Shown piece by piece: positions 27,037 to 40,741 of a stretch of 53,995 bases of DNA. Source of the DNA: Bigelowiella natans CCMP2755 (lineage: Eukaryota; Protista; Cercozoa); NCBI GenBank assembly GCA_000320545.1, contig ADNK01000324.1, forward strand, positions 1-53,995. Direction: 5' to 3'. The notes under the pieces are model-generated. The model saw only the letters and a program-made list of their open reading frames with translations, was not told the origin of the DNA and searched no databases. Position numbers and translations under genes: made by a program. How positions within the stretch are numbered: the stretch's first letter is position 1; each line of letters begins with the position of its first letter.

Positions 27037-27679
27037 AGGATTTGGCGTTGCATTATGACCATGGCATGTACAGTGATTCATAGTCACGCATGGGCCTGCA
27101 CACACGTTTGTAAGCGCAATAATTATTTCTCATTATATAGCTTTGCATTGCGTCTGTGTACGTGTAATTGTAGGAGCGCTAGATGTCACATGTGCACACA
27201 CATTATAGCCACCTATAGCCGCCACGCATGTGTGCGCACGTTGGGAATGCCATGGCTATGGTAGACAATCATAGACAACGAAATATTACATGTCTATTAC
27301 ATATATTATGTTACTGTGTCTATAATGACACAGTATTCTTCGCTGTCGTCGTTGTGAGACGGTGCCATGACGAAGAATTGTTTATTTCTATGTGGCCATC
27401 CTTTACTACTAGCTCGATCATGACTAATGCCACAGTGACGACGTGTCTAGGTGTATCACACGCAATCACATCGCACAGCATGTGTGATTTGACGCACAAC
27501 GTGGTGTGTACAACATTGCATCGCGCTCTATGAATCACAGCTAAATGAGAAATCCCACATGTGGCTAGCGATAGTTGTCGACATACGCATGGCATGCGTG
27601 GCGGGCTTTGCATTTGTCGTCACCTCGGTCGACACAAACTGAAGAGCAACCTAGCGCTCATGTGGCCCGCTTTTGAGGT

Positions 27680-29430
27680 CCCAAGTCTCACATCACCCCT
27701 GCGGCAGCGGGAAAATTTTTGAAATTTTGGGGGCCCAAAGTCAAAAATCTTCAACAGCAAATGAATGAAATTGATGGAACATTTCAATCCAAAATTGCAA
27801 TGAGAAACCTGCAAACATGGCCGTGCAATGTGTTTGCGTGCGACGCACATGCGCGCTACCAAACTGGCTGCATGCACTGTGCATGCCGACCCATCCAAAA
27901 TCAAACTTGGATCAAAAATCACAATGAAGTGCACAGCAACCGTTTCACACGCCATTGGTGCGATTGCTAGCGCATGGATGACGGCTGGAGCTCTCGGGTC
28001 ATCGATGCAAGGGACAATGATTGCGTGGAGCATGGCACAAGTTGCAAGCACATGCATGCAAACACACAAAGTTGTGAAAGCCAGCCGAGCACCATGAGTG
28101 CAATCGACTGATGACATGCAAGTCAAACATCCGCCAGCGGCAAAATCTTTCCATCATGCTCATCGGAGGTCATCTCTCTCTCTTGGCGCGTCTTCCTCCC
28201 CCCCTCCTCCTTCAGTCCTCCTCCTCCTCCTCCTGATCTTGGAGATCATTGGAAATGGCTCTCCCGTTAGTGGGGTTGGCATGGCTACACCAGCATGGCT
28301 TGCCCTGCATTTTCGGAGAACGTGAGCCGAGCATTCCTGTGTTTTCGAAGCCTGGACAAAATGAAACACGATGTCGCAGGGCTCTTTTCTGCAAAAATGC
28401 CTTCGCATTTGGCGGGTTGGACGCGCGACTCCTGTGGTGTTCTTGGCAGTCGCACAGCACATCGACCAAAATTCGGGGAAAACTCGCAGCATTTTCTACC
28501 CACGACAACAAAGAAAGGCCCGACCGCCAAGTCCTTGCTTCAGTTTCTCCACCTGTGTCCTTGTCAGTGAAACTTTTGAAGACAGTTCAATGGGCAACTT
28601 TTTCTTCGGAAATTCACCGACAACTTGACTCAGGCGATCTCAAATTTGGGTGACATGTGACCATTTCGGCAAAAACACGAATTGAATGCAACCATGGGTG
28701 TCAAACAATGGGCAAACTTCAGGTGAAAAAATTGAATTTGTGACTTTTCGTGAAACTGCTACTGAAAATCAAGTTTCGAATGTGCAATCCTCCCCATCCA
28801 GGAACGTCCTATGAACGCCTTTGGGAGACTCCTGCGGGCGACAAAAGCGCTCGCTAGCGGCGGAAGCAGTGCAACTATGCGAATTGGAACCATTGGCGTC
28901 TCTTGAGCTCGAGCAGGGCGGTTCGGCCCACAATTTCAGACAAGAATTCTCTTTTCCACAATGCAAGGCAGGTGACGCGCGAAGCGCGTTGGCTCCGCGA
29001 GGGTGTGTTTTGAGCAAGTGCATGCCAACAGGGCTGCCGACAGCTTTTTTTCACAAAATGTGCAAATCATCATCGCGAAATGCGGAAAATGATGCGGACT
29101 TTTTGTGCATCATTTTCCGCGGCTTGCGGGCTTCAGCGCGCGCTTTGGTGCAGAGTTGCGCTAGGCTGAACATGACACATGCAGCCGCTGCAGATGCGGA
29201 AAGGGAAAACAGTGGGTCACATGATTGCTAGGTTGCCCTGAAGCGACTTTGCCATCGAGCAGTGAAATGACGAGTGCCTTTGAGCAAAATGAACAAACGA
29301 TGGACAATGGCAATGCGCACATGTGCTTGTGTGCATCCAAATCTGAAGCGCGACAAACGGTGTTGCAGCTAGCTCGCGACGTACCGGAAAGCTATGGAAT
29401 GTGCACACGCACATGGAATGCTGTGTGAAG
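27680..29430 (+). pseudogene. decayed protein-coding sequence within the largest TpA-depleted domain
   Basis: Co-directional ORF fragments 27719-27970, 28295-28570 and 28821-29231 are separated by stops. ORF 28821-29231 has 0 Tyr, 9 Cys and 4 His in 136 aa, consistent with TAY->TGY/CAY conversion. Confidence 0.55.
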
Positions 29431-30040
29431 AACAAAATGAACAATGAGAGTTGATGTTCATTCATGTTAGTTAGTGCATCTAGACATGTTCATCGCAGAT
29501 GTCAAATCACAATGCATTACATGCATGCAGCTCCGCGCTCTTTCTCTCGATCCGCCCTGCTAAGCCGAGCCAGCGAGCCGCTTCAACCAAGCTGTTCTAC
29601 GTGCTGCACGTTGCATTCTGCTGCAGCGCGACATGCATCGCAAGCTACTGGATGTCGCGTTGCTATAGTTGCTATAGTTGTCGCCATGGCGGAGCGACAT
29701 GCATCATGTGCGCCGCGTCATGTACACAGCAGCGCTACACAGAGATGTATGCTCGCATCGTGCGTCGTGCATCAAACTTCGACATGCACTGGCACAGAGT
29801 TAAGCCAGATATCATCTTGCTTCTTGCGGTTCATGATGGGTTTGAACGGAAGCTGTGACTAGGCATGCACGCTTTGCGACACATGCATCGCAAATTGTGC
29901 GTACGCTGTATACTCACATCTATCAGTCTCTCCCTTCGCAATGTTTAGATGTCTCGAGAGTAAAAGTCATGTAGACACTTCAGGTGGAGTTTTCATTTCT
30001 CTATAAATTATAACTCTATTATTTTGGCATGGCTCTTGCC

Positions 30041-31900
30041 TCATAAGTCAACGGTGAAACGCATCGACTTATTTTTCATTTTAAAAACATCCGACTCAAC
30101 ACGCTGTTGCTCTTGTTCTGACTGTATTTCTGAAGAAATCTTCTGCTCAGAAGTCCCTACTTTCTCAGCGAAGTTGGCAGGAGTCTAGAAAATTACAGAT
30201 TTCCAATTATTTTGAGATGAAATTCTTGTCTCACAACTGAATGACAACTCGCATCGACTTATTTTTGGTTTTGAATACATTCGAGGTGCCCTGTCCTTGT
30301 TCTGACTCCAGCTGACTTTCTGGAGAAGCTTTTTGGTCAAGAACTCGATTGCTACCTTTCAACTCCTCCGCACCATCAGAAGCTTCATTTTCGAATCGCG
30401 GCGACTGTGCTTGTGTGGGAGCTTGTGTAGAAGTCAGCCCGTCGAGGAGGTCATCACGGCCGTTCAGCTCCTCGGCACTTGAGCCAGTTTCATTATAAAT
30501 AAATCGCCGCACCGGTGTTTGCGGAGAGGTCACACGGTCCAAGAGTCCGCCACGGTCATTTGACCCCCCGTCATCGTTTGCAGCTTGCGTATAAAATTGC
30601 TGCGGCTGTATTTTCAGCCTCTCGAGGCGTTTATCATAGCCTTTTGACTCCTCTACATCATCTGCAGCTTGGTTTTGAAATCGCCGCGACAGTAATCCTA
30701 ATTCGTCGAGGAGTCCATCATGGTCTTTCAGCTCCTCAGCACCATTGCCAGCTTGATCATGGAATCTCTGTGAGGCTAGCTCTATCACATGTTTCGCCGA
30801 CTGGACAACTCCCTGAATTGTATCATCAAATCATGTATGCATACAACAGAATCAGCTCCCACCACCGCCCAAACCGCACTGGTAAAAAATTAACAATTTG
30901 TTTGTCATACGATACCGGTTCTTTCGTCGCTCTCAAGAGATGGGACCGTCGAGCTCCCGGAATGGAGACACCGCCGCCATCATCTCCCCCTAATTCGAGA
31001 CCCCATCCTGTCGCGGATGCGAAGAAGAACGCGTGCCTTTTGCCTCTGCTCCCCATCATCAAACCACCACCACCACCACCACCGCCGCCGTCGACTCTCC
31101 GCAGCCGAATCTCCTCGCTATGTCCTTGATTCTTGCCTTTGCACCGAAGGACCGCGCGCGGCCTTCTAACGCTGAGGAACCGCCCTGAAGCCACGGAGCG
31201 GATGGAAACAACTGCCCTTTGTCGGATCTGCGACAAAGAATCCAGGTGCCAGACGTCATGCTGCACAGTCTTCGCGCCGCGCCGGCTTCGGGATAGAATT
31301 TGCCATTTCTGAGCCTGCGTTGCTACGGAAATATCTACGGGAGACGATGCACGAGCATCGTCGGTGGTATTACTGAGGGCGTTTCCATTTTTATTGCTAT
31401 CTACCCCCTTCACCCCAGCTTGCATCAGCCCCACGTCGCCCTGTGGACTCAGAAGTGTAAGAAGCCGACCTCGGTACGAGATTGTGTACTGGCCCTTCCT
31501 CCCACACCGTGTGACAGTCAACGGCGTCCCCATTGCGCTGTTGCTGGCATGATTCTCGAGGCGGGGCTTCATCGTTGGGAGGACAGCAAAGGACTTGGCA
31601 TCCGTTTGAGGGGGGAGGCCGCCCTTGCTTTTCGAGAAATTCGATGAGTCCCATGGTTTGCCGAAGGCAAGATTGCGTTGCCGGTGATGCTTTACATTTT
31701 CCCTAATCGCTATTTCGAGCTTGCGCACCATCCGGTCGCTTATCAGGTTGTAGCGATACCTGTAGTCTTTAGTCCAGAACGCCTCGTTTGAAAGGGATGA
31801 AAGAGAGGGGCGGCGGCGGCTGATTTTTGAACTTTCAGCTCCTGCACCGTCATTCATATCGTTCTTGGCGCTAATACTTCACACGCAAACACACACACAA

Positions 31901-31940
<40 letters not shown>

Positions 31941-34900
31941 TGTGAGCATACTACACTGTAAGGGAAGTCCCCATGCAAATGGAGGATCATAGGAAATGCC
32001 GTTCACACGCTGCTTGTTTACCTCATGCGTGGCGTCTCCCTGACGAGGGGGCGGCAAAGTATCCTTCTAGCGCCAGGGAGAACTCTGATGACTTCGGAGA
32101 TGACAAATTCATCCTCGCGGTGCACGGGGGAAGCTGCGCCACTTACACCCTGATGCTTCGAATCTCTAGTCTTAGCTAACAACCGCTCGCTTCTGTAAAC
32201 ATAAGATTTCATCATCGAGACGACGGGCAAAAGTTTTTCGATTCTGCCGGGGAGAACTGCAGACGGAGCAAAACGAGAAGATAGAGAGATAGACACGCAG
32301 ACAGAGAGGCAGGGAAAGATAAAAGCGGTGTGGGATCGGAAGAATCGTTTCTACTACACATCTACCAGCAGCAACACCGCGCCAGTGCTTAGTATCACCA
32401 TCGCATTACTTCCCACACCTCCCCTACACCCTGTTTCGTATTCATATCCATACCGATATGCGCCAACGACACTGCCTACGCAAGGTGCGGGTGGCTGCTG
32501 GGTCTTATCCTGATTGAGGAACGACAACTCGAGCAGCGTGGGCGTTGCCTTCACCAGCCTGAGAAGAGCCTTTGCGCCGACATCTGTGATGCCGTTCCCT
32601 ACTACTGCGAGGCTGCGAAGGCACATCGCACAGTTCAGCGCAACAACAGAATCGCAAAATACACCGATCCCCTCGTCGCCTAAACACGCCCAAGAGACAT
32701 CCAATTCCTCGATATCGCAGGCGTCAATGAGCTGGACGAGATGCGCGCCGGCCTCGGGACCGAGGTCGTTGCGTGAAACATCGACACGCTGGAGGAAATC
32801 GTTCGTGTTGAGGATACCAACCACCGATCTGAGCTGGTCCTCGCCAATGAACATGCGGCGGAATGATATTTCCGTGGCAAGCTCACTCGCCTTCCTCCTT
32901 GCTATGTCAAGAGCTGCACGGCGTCGCTTTAGCTTAAACGCATCCCTCACATCCTTTATTCTGTATTGGGTGATCAGCATCTTTGCCCAGCGCCATCGAA
33001 ACCGCGCTCGGCGGCCGAGAAAGTACCGCCTTTTCTGTGCGAGGAGAAGCTGCAGCTGCTTGTCTGTGTTGTTCTGGTCTATGCCATTTCCGACATCGTT
33101 GCAAGAGTCGAAGCAGCTGCTCTTCCTACTGAAGGATGCGTTGGCTTTGACGGAGCCACCCTTGCTGATGGCAAAGAGTTTCTGTGCTCGCTGTGCCTCC
33201 CGCCTTTTCATCTCCGTGCACGCTTTTGCGTTCAAAATGAGCCGCTCTTGCATGATGGCACCGAAGCCCACCACATGCGGATTGTTGTGCGCGTGGTCCT
33301 GCAGCAGAAGTGAGTGGTACGCGAAGAACCCCATGTCCATCTTCTGAAGCCAGAAATTCGGCGACCCGGGAGAGAACACACGCACAATTGAGACTAAAAT
33401 CGTTAAGAACCACGAAGCTATCTTGAGCAGCAAGATGTTAACGACAAACGACCACCACACAGGGTAGGTCGCATACGCAACGATACCGTAAATCAGATTC
33501 CAGCGAATCGTGCCATATCCGTCCGGCGTGGCGAAAAACACCTTTCCGAACAGCCATAGCAGAAATTGCAGAATCCCAAGGGAGAAATAGGTAATGGCGA
33601 TCGAGTTCAGCGCGGGGATGACGCTGGTCCTGATGGGCTTTACAGCAACCACTAGCGTCGTCAGCAGAATAAACGCAAGTGTCAGCCACAAGGACACCAC
33701 GTAGGCTGCTACTGTATTGAACGTTACGATAGGAATGAGCCTCGGAGCAGCGATGGGAGAGTAACGGTCCCTCTTCTCAAACCCACACTTCCCATTGCGT
33801 AGCTGCAACATGTCGGACTTGTACCGAACGTACAAGTTGATAATGAGGAGGCTAGTGACAAGGCACGCCACGGGTATTACGAGCCGCGCGTAAGTCTCCA
33901 TGAGCAGCAGGACGTCATCGATTTTAATCCCTTGGAACTCCGCCACCCACCACAGCAAGTAGCCGAAAAAGTGGAATAAAATCGAGTCCGACGTCGGGAC
34001 AAGCATATATCGGGTCGGGACTGGGTGGAACCGCAACGTGTCGGAGAACATGCTGGTGTTCGTGTATGTCTCTATCATGTAGTAGCGAATCCACCACATC
34101 GCATTGACCCCTAGAGTCGAGATCACGACGAGCATGGCCACAGAAGCAGAGAGAGCCCCGACAAGGACGAAAGGCGCTCGGAAGTAGTCGAGCGGGTGCT
34201 GTTCCACACGGACGACTCCAAGGTCAAGCAGCACGCAGCAAAGACTCTCTTCCAAATAAAACGGGGTCTTGGTGACATCCTCGTAATACTCAGTGCCGCA
34301 ATCATCCTCCTCGTCGTCATCATCGCTGTCTCCATCCTTGGTTTCGATTTTGACGTGACCCCCCCCCCCCCCCTTGTCGAAGGAGGTTGCAATGGCCTGG
34401 TAGTCTCTTTCCCCAGGTTGTGGCTTCTCGGATTTCACGTCTGCCCTCTTCTTCATTTCTACCATCTCAATGGCTCGAATGGGCTTGGTATGATCTCCTT
34501 TAACACCCGTGTTGCTTGCCATATCCTTTGCTTTCTTTCTCTTGCCCCCCCCCCTCTTCTTAGGGCGGGTTTCGAAAGCGAGATATATGTATGGGATGGC
34601 GAGCGCCTTGGTGAACGCACCGACGAGGACTTTGAGCACGTAGTCCTTACGAAAGCGGATTGTGATGATGGGTAGGTTCGGGTTCTGATACTTAAGTTTC
34701 TCCGGATTGAACTCGAGGAGCTGGCAGTAAAACCGCGCGCGAATATACTTGCGAATCGCGAAGAAGCGGGTTCGGAGATACCCGATCTCCGACACTTCAG
34801 GGATGAAGGGTGGCGGCGGTTGGCCGAACATCGTTCCTGCACCCCCCTCCTGTTTGCCACCGTACATGTCGAGTTTGAGGTGGAATCGCACCGTGTCGCT

Positions 34901-37595
34901 AAGCTTGTCACGCACCTGAGTGCCCAGGTTGTGAATCAGTGCGGATGCCGAGACAGCAGGGGCCTTTACCCCGAAGAAATCCGAGACCGAGCTGTTAGAC
35001 TTGTGCCTCCTAGACATTGGCCCGGTCTTCTTCCCTCCTTTGACTTCAGCACTCTGGCTAGTCTCACTAATCGGAAAAAGCGTACCCGCAACGACATCCT
35101 CGCGACTCCCTTTATCAGCGTCGTCGATGATCTCTCCCGTGAACGCGTGTTGATTTTTCCCGGAGGGGCTGTGGAGCCCCGGGAGGATCATGGAGGAAGA
35201 ATCTGATGCTGAGAACGAACACACTTCTCCTTCGACCTCCTCCTCCGCCTCTTCCCTACCCACCTCTTTCCTCTCCGCTTTCTTTCCCTCCTCCTCCTCC
35301 CCTTCCTCCTCCATCACGTCGTCCTGCGCATGGCAAAACCAGAACGTGGTCACCATGTACATCAGCATGACGGCAGCCCAAACGCCGTTGGACTCGCACT
35401 CGCTTTGGTCTTTGCCCCGGCAGCCCGCGTACGAGATCAGGGAGAACAACGTCACCGCCAAACCCGCTCCCATAGCAGGCATCCAGAGCGCAGGATCAGC
35501 ATGCCTCAAGCGTAGCCAAAAGTCTTCTAGCACCCTCCCAGCTGTTTCGAAGAGCTCGTGGGTGTCCCCCTCCCCGCCCATGCAGCAGCAGCAGCAGCAG
35601 CAATCATCGAAATCGATGTCCGTCTGGTAGCGGACCCACAGCACCGCCAGCGCCAGCACCCCCACGCCCACGATGGATATGATTGTGATCCCTGCGACAA
35701 TGTTGATGGCGGCAGCTGCGCCGAGGCCCAGCACCAGGAGATAGAGCCCAGCCTCCATGATCATAGCAGCGGCAAACGTGCTCGTGTGCAGTCTGTTGGC
35801 TACGGTCTCCGCTGCGCGCTCATAAGGACCTTCCGGGCCCGCGACCACGCAGAGCAGGAGGATCAGCGAGGCGACAAAGTTCGTGGCAACCCAGAACTCA
35901 CGTCTTAGCGACGGCGACGCCACCGCAACAAAGCAGCTACCGATCATCATCAACCCGGTCGGGAGGCGTAGCATGCGGCCGCTTCGATACCCGCGGCTTG
36001 CCCCGTTGATGAGTATGACTACACAATTGAGGGTAAGATTGGAAATGTGCAGGGAAGGGTCCTTGGCTAAGGTCACTTCGGTGAACACCCACAGCACGAT
36101 CAACGCGCCGACGTCTTGCACTAGCACTCGCGCGAGATGAAACCGGTATGACCCCAAATACCTCGTGTTCGTCGCCCAGAGTAAGTAACCGCAGCTCGCC
36201 AGCAGGAACATAATCGCGACGCGGTGGCCTTTATCAGGGATGGGGATGGGTAGCTCATGGAAAAACATCCACCTGAGCATGATCCCCACGGGGTTCGACC
36301 AATTTCCTTGGTCGCTTTCCAGCGTCTTCGAGAGCAGCCGGACAAGCGCGAACGAGGCAAAAATGATGCGGCAAAGCAGCGATACGAGACGCCGTCTCCT
36401 TCTCCAATCCGCTGTCCCCATCTTATCAGCGACGAACACGATCACCTTGAGGCCTTCGAACGACAGGTACGACGCCATCAGAAGGCAGGGCACCGTCACA
36501 AACCCGAGCAGACTAGAGTCGGATCTCTCCATGCGACACGAGTCGCCCTCAGGAATAGCCTCCGCCGCCCGCTCAAAGTAAGTGGAGACTATATCCTCCG
36601 GCTCGCAGGTGTACGTCCTGATCGTGATCCAGAACTCTACGGTGAACACCAGGAACATCACGCCGACGACTACCTTGGCGATGATCCATTTCTCGGTAAG
36701 ATCCGTCGGCTGTGCTAGCACGATGATGATTGGGAGCACCAGCAGCCAGAATATCCCCAGTATGGCGAGGAAGCGCTTCGAAAGTACTGCATTCATCCCG
36801 GCGAACGCTCCTTCGCTGGGGTACCATGAGCCTCGGGCGTTAATCTTAAGGCTACTAGAGGGAGATGCGCCATCTTTAAGCAGCACGTCGGCTTTTTTTC
36901 CAAGAATCCAGAACTCGATTTTGCTGTCCCCTCGCTGTATATCCACCACGGTAGCTTCCACCGTGTAGATATCTGTCAATGAAGAGTTGGAAGAGGAGGA
37001 GGTGGTGGAGGAGGAGGAGGAGGAGGAATACTCGTAGCGAGTTGCATTGATCTGGCGGACGCTGATAACGGCCTTCTTGAAGTACCTACCATTCTTCGGC
37101 TGCTTGATTCTCATCACGCGGTCTATCCCTAACGTTGAAGGGGCTCGCGGACAGATGCCGCTCCCCGACGTCGATGTAGAGGAGGAGGAGGAGGAGGCAC
37201 AATATTCAGCTGACCATGCAAGCTCTACACGGAAGGAGAAGTCGACTTTCCGAGGCGGCTCGATTTGAAGCGAGGACACCGCGGTGGATGACAGTATCGT
37301 CACGCGAGCCGACGTCAACGGAGACCGAAGGGTGAGAGGAACCTGCGACACGACGACCGTCCTCAACGAGATTCCAAAAACGTCTAAGTTGGAGAAGGAG
37401 TGGATAAAGGACACGCTCCTGCCATCAACTCCGGCGGCAAATCTCGTATCGAAGCACGCCCATCCCGACGAATTGCTCACGAACTGAACCTACATAGGAA
37501 CTCATGGTCGAATGTGCCTTGGTGCGGAAGAATCCAGCGCAAGATGAAGAGGTGTTGGCGATAGCGCTAGGAACACCCGTGCATACAAATGCGCG

Positions 37596-37626
<31 letters not shown>

Positions 37627-37634
37627 GCATAAAG

Positions 37635-37677
<43 letters not shown>

Positions 37678-39315
37678 TGGTAAACTTGGGAAATTATACT
37701 CCAACCCAAAAAATCGTGCTCTCAAGATCCATCTTCGTCTTCCAAGGTTCAAAATACACAAACTACCTCGTTACCAGCCTCAGTATCTGTTGCGACCTCA
37801 GCGGGAAATCTATTCGCCCTCTCTAGAGGTACAGCCATGAAGCCCCCGTATTTCACGTAGACAGCTGACATCAATTGGATGGATCTGCACCCAAAAAACA
37901 TACGCACGCAATCGCTCTATCTGTTTTAAAGAATCATTGGAAGTTGAAAATCATCTCCCGCTTTCGCTATCTATCTCCCCCCCCCCCCCCCCCTCCTTGC
38001 CGAACTCCCCTTCGCTCTGATGTCGCACTTACTCGAGGCCGTTGACATCTGTCTGCCTCATCCTGGTGAGGAAGCTCTCAAAGACCTTAGGGAGGATGTT
38101 GTCTGAGCTAGTGTACCCATCGATGTGCGAGCTGGTCATAGAGTCAAATTGAGTTTGGAGCTCGGTGGTTTGGTTTCTATTCGCCACGCCACTACTCTCC
38201 CCCGTCGGCAGGGGGTAGGCGCCAATTTGTAGTAGAGCGTGAGGCAGTTCCTGGGAGCCGTTGCCCCTGGTAAAAATGGAGGGCGTCGGAGAAAAAGTAG
38301 GGCGGAAGAAGAGTGCTTTCTCAATGTATGCATAGCACTCGCACACGCACACGCACACGCACACGCACACAACGATAAATAGAGACAGTGAGAGAAAGAG
38401 TGTGGAGGGAAGGAGAGAGGGCAATTTACACTTCCAATGCATAAATTCTGATGAAAGGTGCTATGCTGCTCATCACAACAGCATCAGTCCCCACACCTTG
38501 TTTGCACACAGGAGCGCACGGAATCCGTCACATCAATCCAGGCTTCGCTGCGAGAATCGGTTCTAACCTCCGCGATGTAGCGGGACGAGTCGTCGGGCGA
38601 TAATGCAGTACCGTTGATGTTGTATGTGTAGATTAGCTGACTCGTAGTCTTGGCACTCGCTGACACAGAAACTCGCTGCCGCGAAGAGGACCCACCAACG
38701 CCCTCCAAAGGGGTGGGCAGCACGGTGCTACCCCCCGAGGAAGACGACGATGACGACCCGGAGCACGCGCACGCCAACGTCGCGTCCAGATATAGGGGGG
38801 ATGTGTCCCCAGCGAGCACAAAATCAGCCCCGGTGAAGGGAGAGGCAGAGCTAAGCGCCACACTGCTGCTGGTGCACAAGCGGTGCGACTTCAAAGCAAA
38901 CGAGGTGGGGATCTCCACCACCCAATCCCTGCGGCCCGAACGCTGGCGGCTGCTCGCGTCTATGTAGATGACGAACGAATGGCCACACAACTGCTGTACC
39001 CACGCGCTGAAGTCGTACGGGCAGTCGCTCTCCGCATCCTCTAGGGTGCACACCTGCTGATCGGCTGTGCCATCGCCTTCAGAGGCAGTGGTGCTAAAGC
39101 AGCAAGCGTAAGATGAAGAAACGTTTGTTGCGGTGTTGAGCGCTCGGCTGATCGTCTGGTTAGTTGAAAGCGTTGCCGCGCACACACAGTCGCCGCTCGG
39201 AACGCTGTTTTCGGGCGAAGTCAGGAGAATCTGGAGCGGGCTGCTCATCTTGGGCGCTTCATTATTCCCTCCGCTATTATTGTGACACAAAAAATCATAG
39301 TATGCTTCTGGATTT

Positions 39316-39354
<39 letters not shown>

Positions 39355-40572
39355 TTCTTTTTATGTCCTCCCTCTTTCTTTATATGTCCTCCCTATGCGA
39401 AAAATCCCTTCTTCTCCTCACACAAGAAGGGATTGGGAATCCACATCAAATCATTATCTTCATCATCAGCCCTTCATCTCCTTCACGATCTCCACCACCC
39501 CCACCACCACCATCATCACCATCATCTTATCAGTATGAACATCTTCATCATCAATCAGCAGCCGCATTAGCTGAAGCGGGGGGAACCTTTGGCCTTCTGC
39601 GGTGATGATAGCTTGGTAGTAGGGCGTGCTAATTTTGAGAAGGGAGCGGTCATGGTACATGCCCGTGGGCGGGTCCCCGAAAGCCGTCGGCAAAAACGCG
39701 GCGTAGGAGGCTCCGAAGATAACAAAAAGATACAGGAAGATCACCGTTCCCATGGAAAGCACGCGGTCAGAAGTCACATCGAAAAATCTTGCTTTATGCG
39801 GAGAGGCATATTGTTCACCCTCTACCACCGTGAGTTGCGACGACGAGGCAGCCTTGTTTGTCATTGAAGATGTAGTAGGCAGGGCTCTACCACGGACAAC
39901 ACGCACTGTCTTGGAGCCCATGTAGGAGAAGACAGAGAGAATTGCCAGACCGATAAGGCACGGGAATGTAATTACGAGATACCTCTTATCCTGCGAAATA
40001 TGATAGGGTGTATACTTGTGCATAAAAGACGAGTCTGCATGTGTGCAGACATAACATTAATAATAATGTGTGGGATCAACATCTGCTCCTTGTGTGGCTG
40101 TGCGGTTCATTGCCACTGCGTGCAGATATGCACGTTGCACACTCAAATCACATGCACACACTTGGACGTAAAGTATCGGAAATTGATAGGAATGCAGTTT
40201 GCCCCCTCCGACTCCCCCCCCGTATTCGCCGTCGCCCGTCATTCTTATAACCTACGGCACTGCGGGTGTTTTATCGGATTATTAAGCAGCGTGCATACCA
40301 GTCCCGCCAAGAGTACAGCCTCAAAAACACCTCGCATTATCCAGAACACAACCCTGTGTTGTAGAAAGTTCAATTACAAATTGTATTGTCTATTAGTGGA
40401 AATTACACACGAACAATCACACACACACACACACACACACACATACGTACGAATCAACGACAGCGCGTACATGCATACGCAATCTCTTAAATTCTAGCTC
40501 AAAATGAGCAGTGTATCTGGCGCAAGGTGTGGCCGAACAATAGGGAGTGCAGATCAAACGATGTATAAACAC

Positions 40573-40621
<49 letters not shown>

Positions 40622-40693
40622 TGTAGTAAGCGGTTAGGTAAATTACAAACGGAATACATTGGTTGAGTAAATATGTTAAGTAAATTTAGGTAA

Positions 40694-40741
<48 letters not shown>

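Noticed and set aside
27601-29370. CpG-methylation decay or classical RIP as the cause of TG/CA richness
   Set aside because: CpG is plentiful in these domains and TpA, the RIP product, is the dinucleotide that is missing.
32514-37487. Numerous + strand ORFs (up to 277 aa) overlapping the 1708-aa ORF
   Set aside because: Antisense shadows of a GC-rich coding exon, with no motifs.
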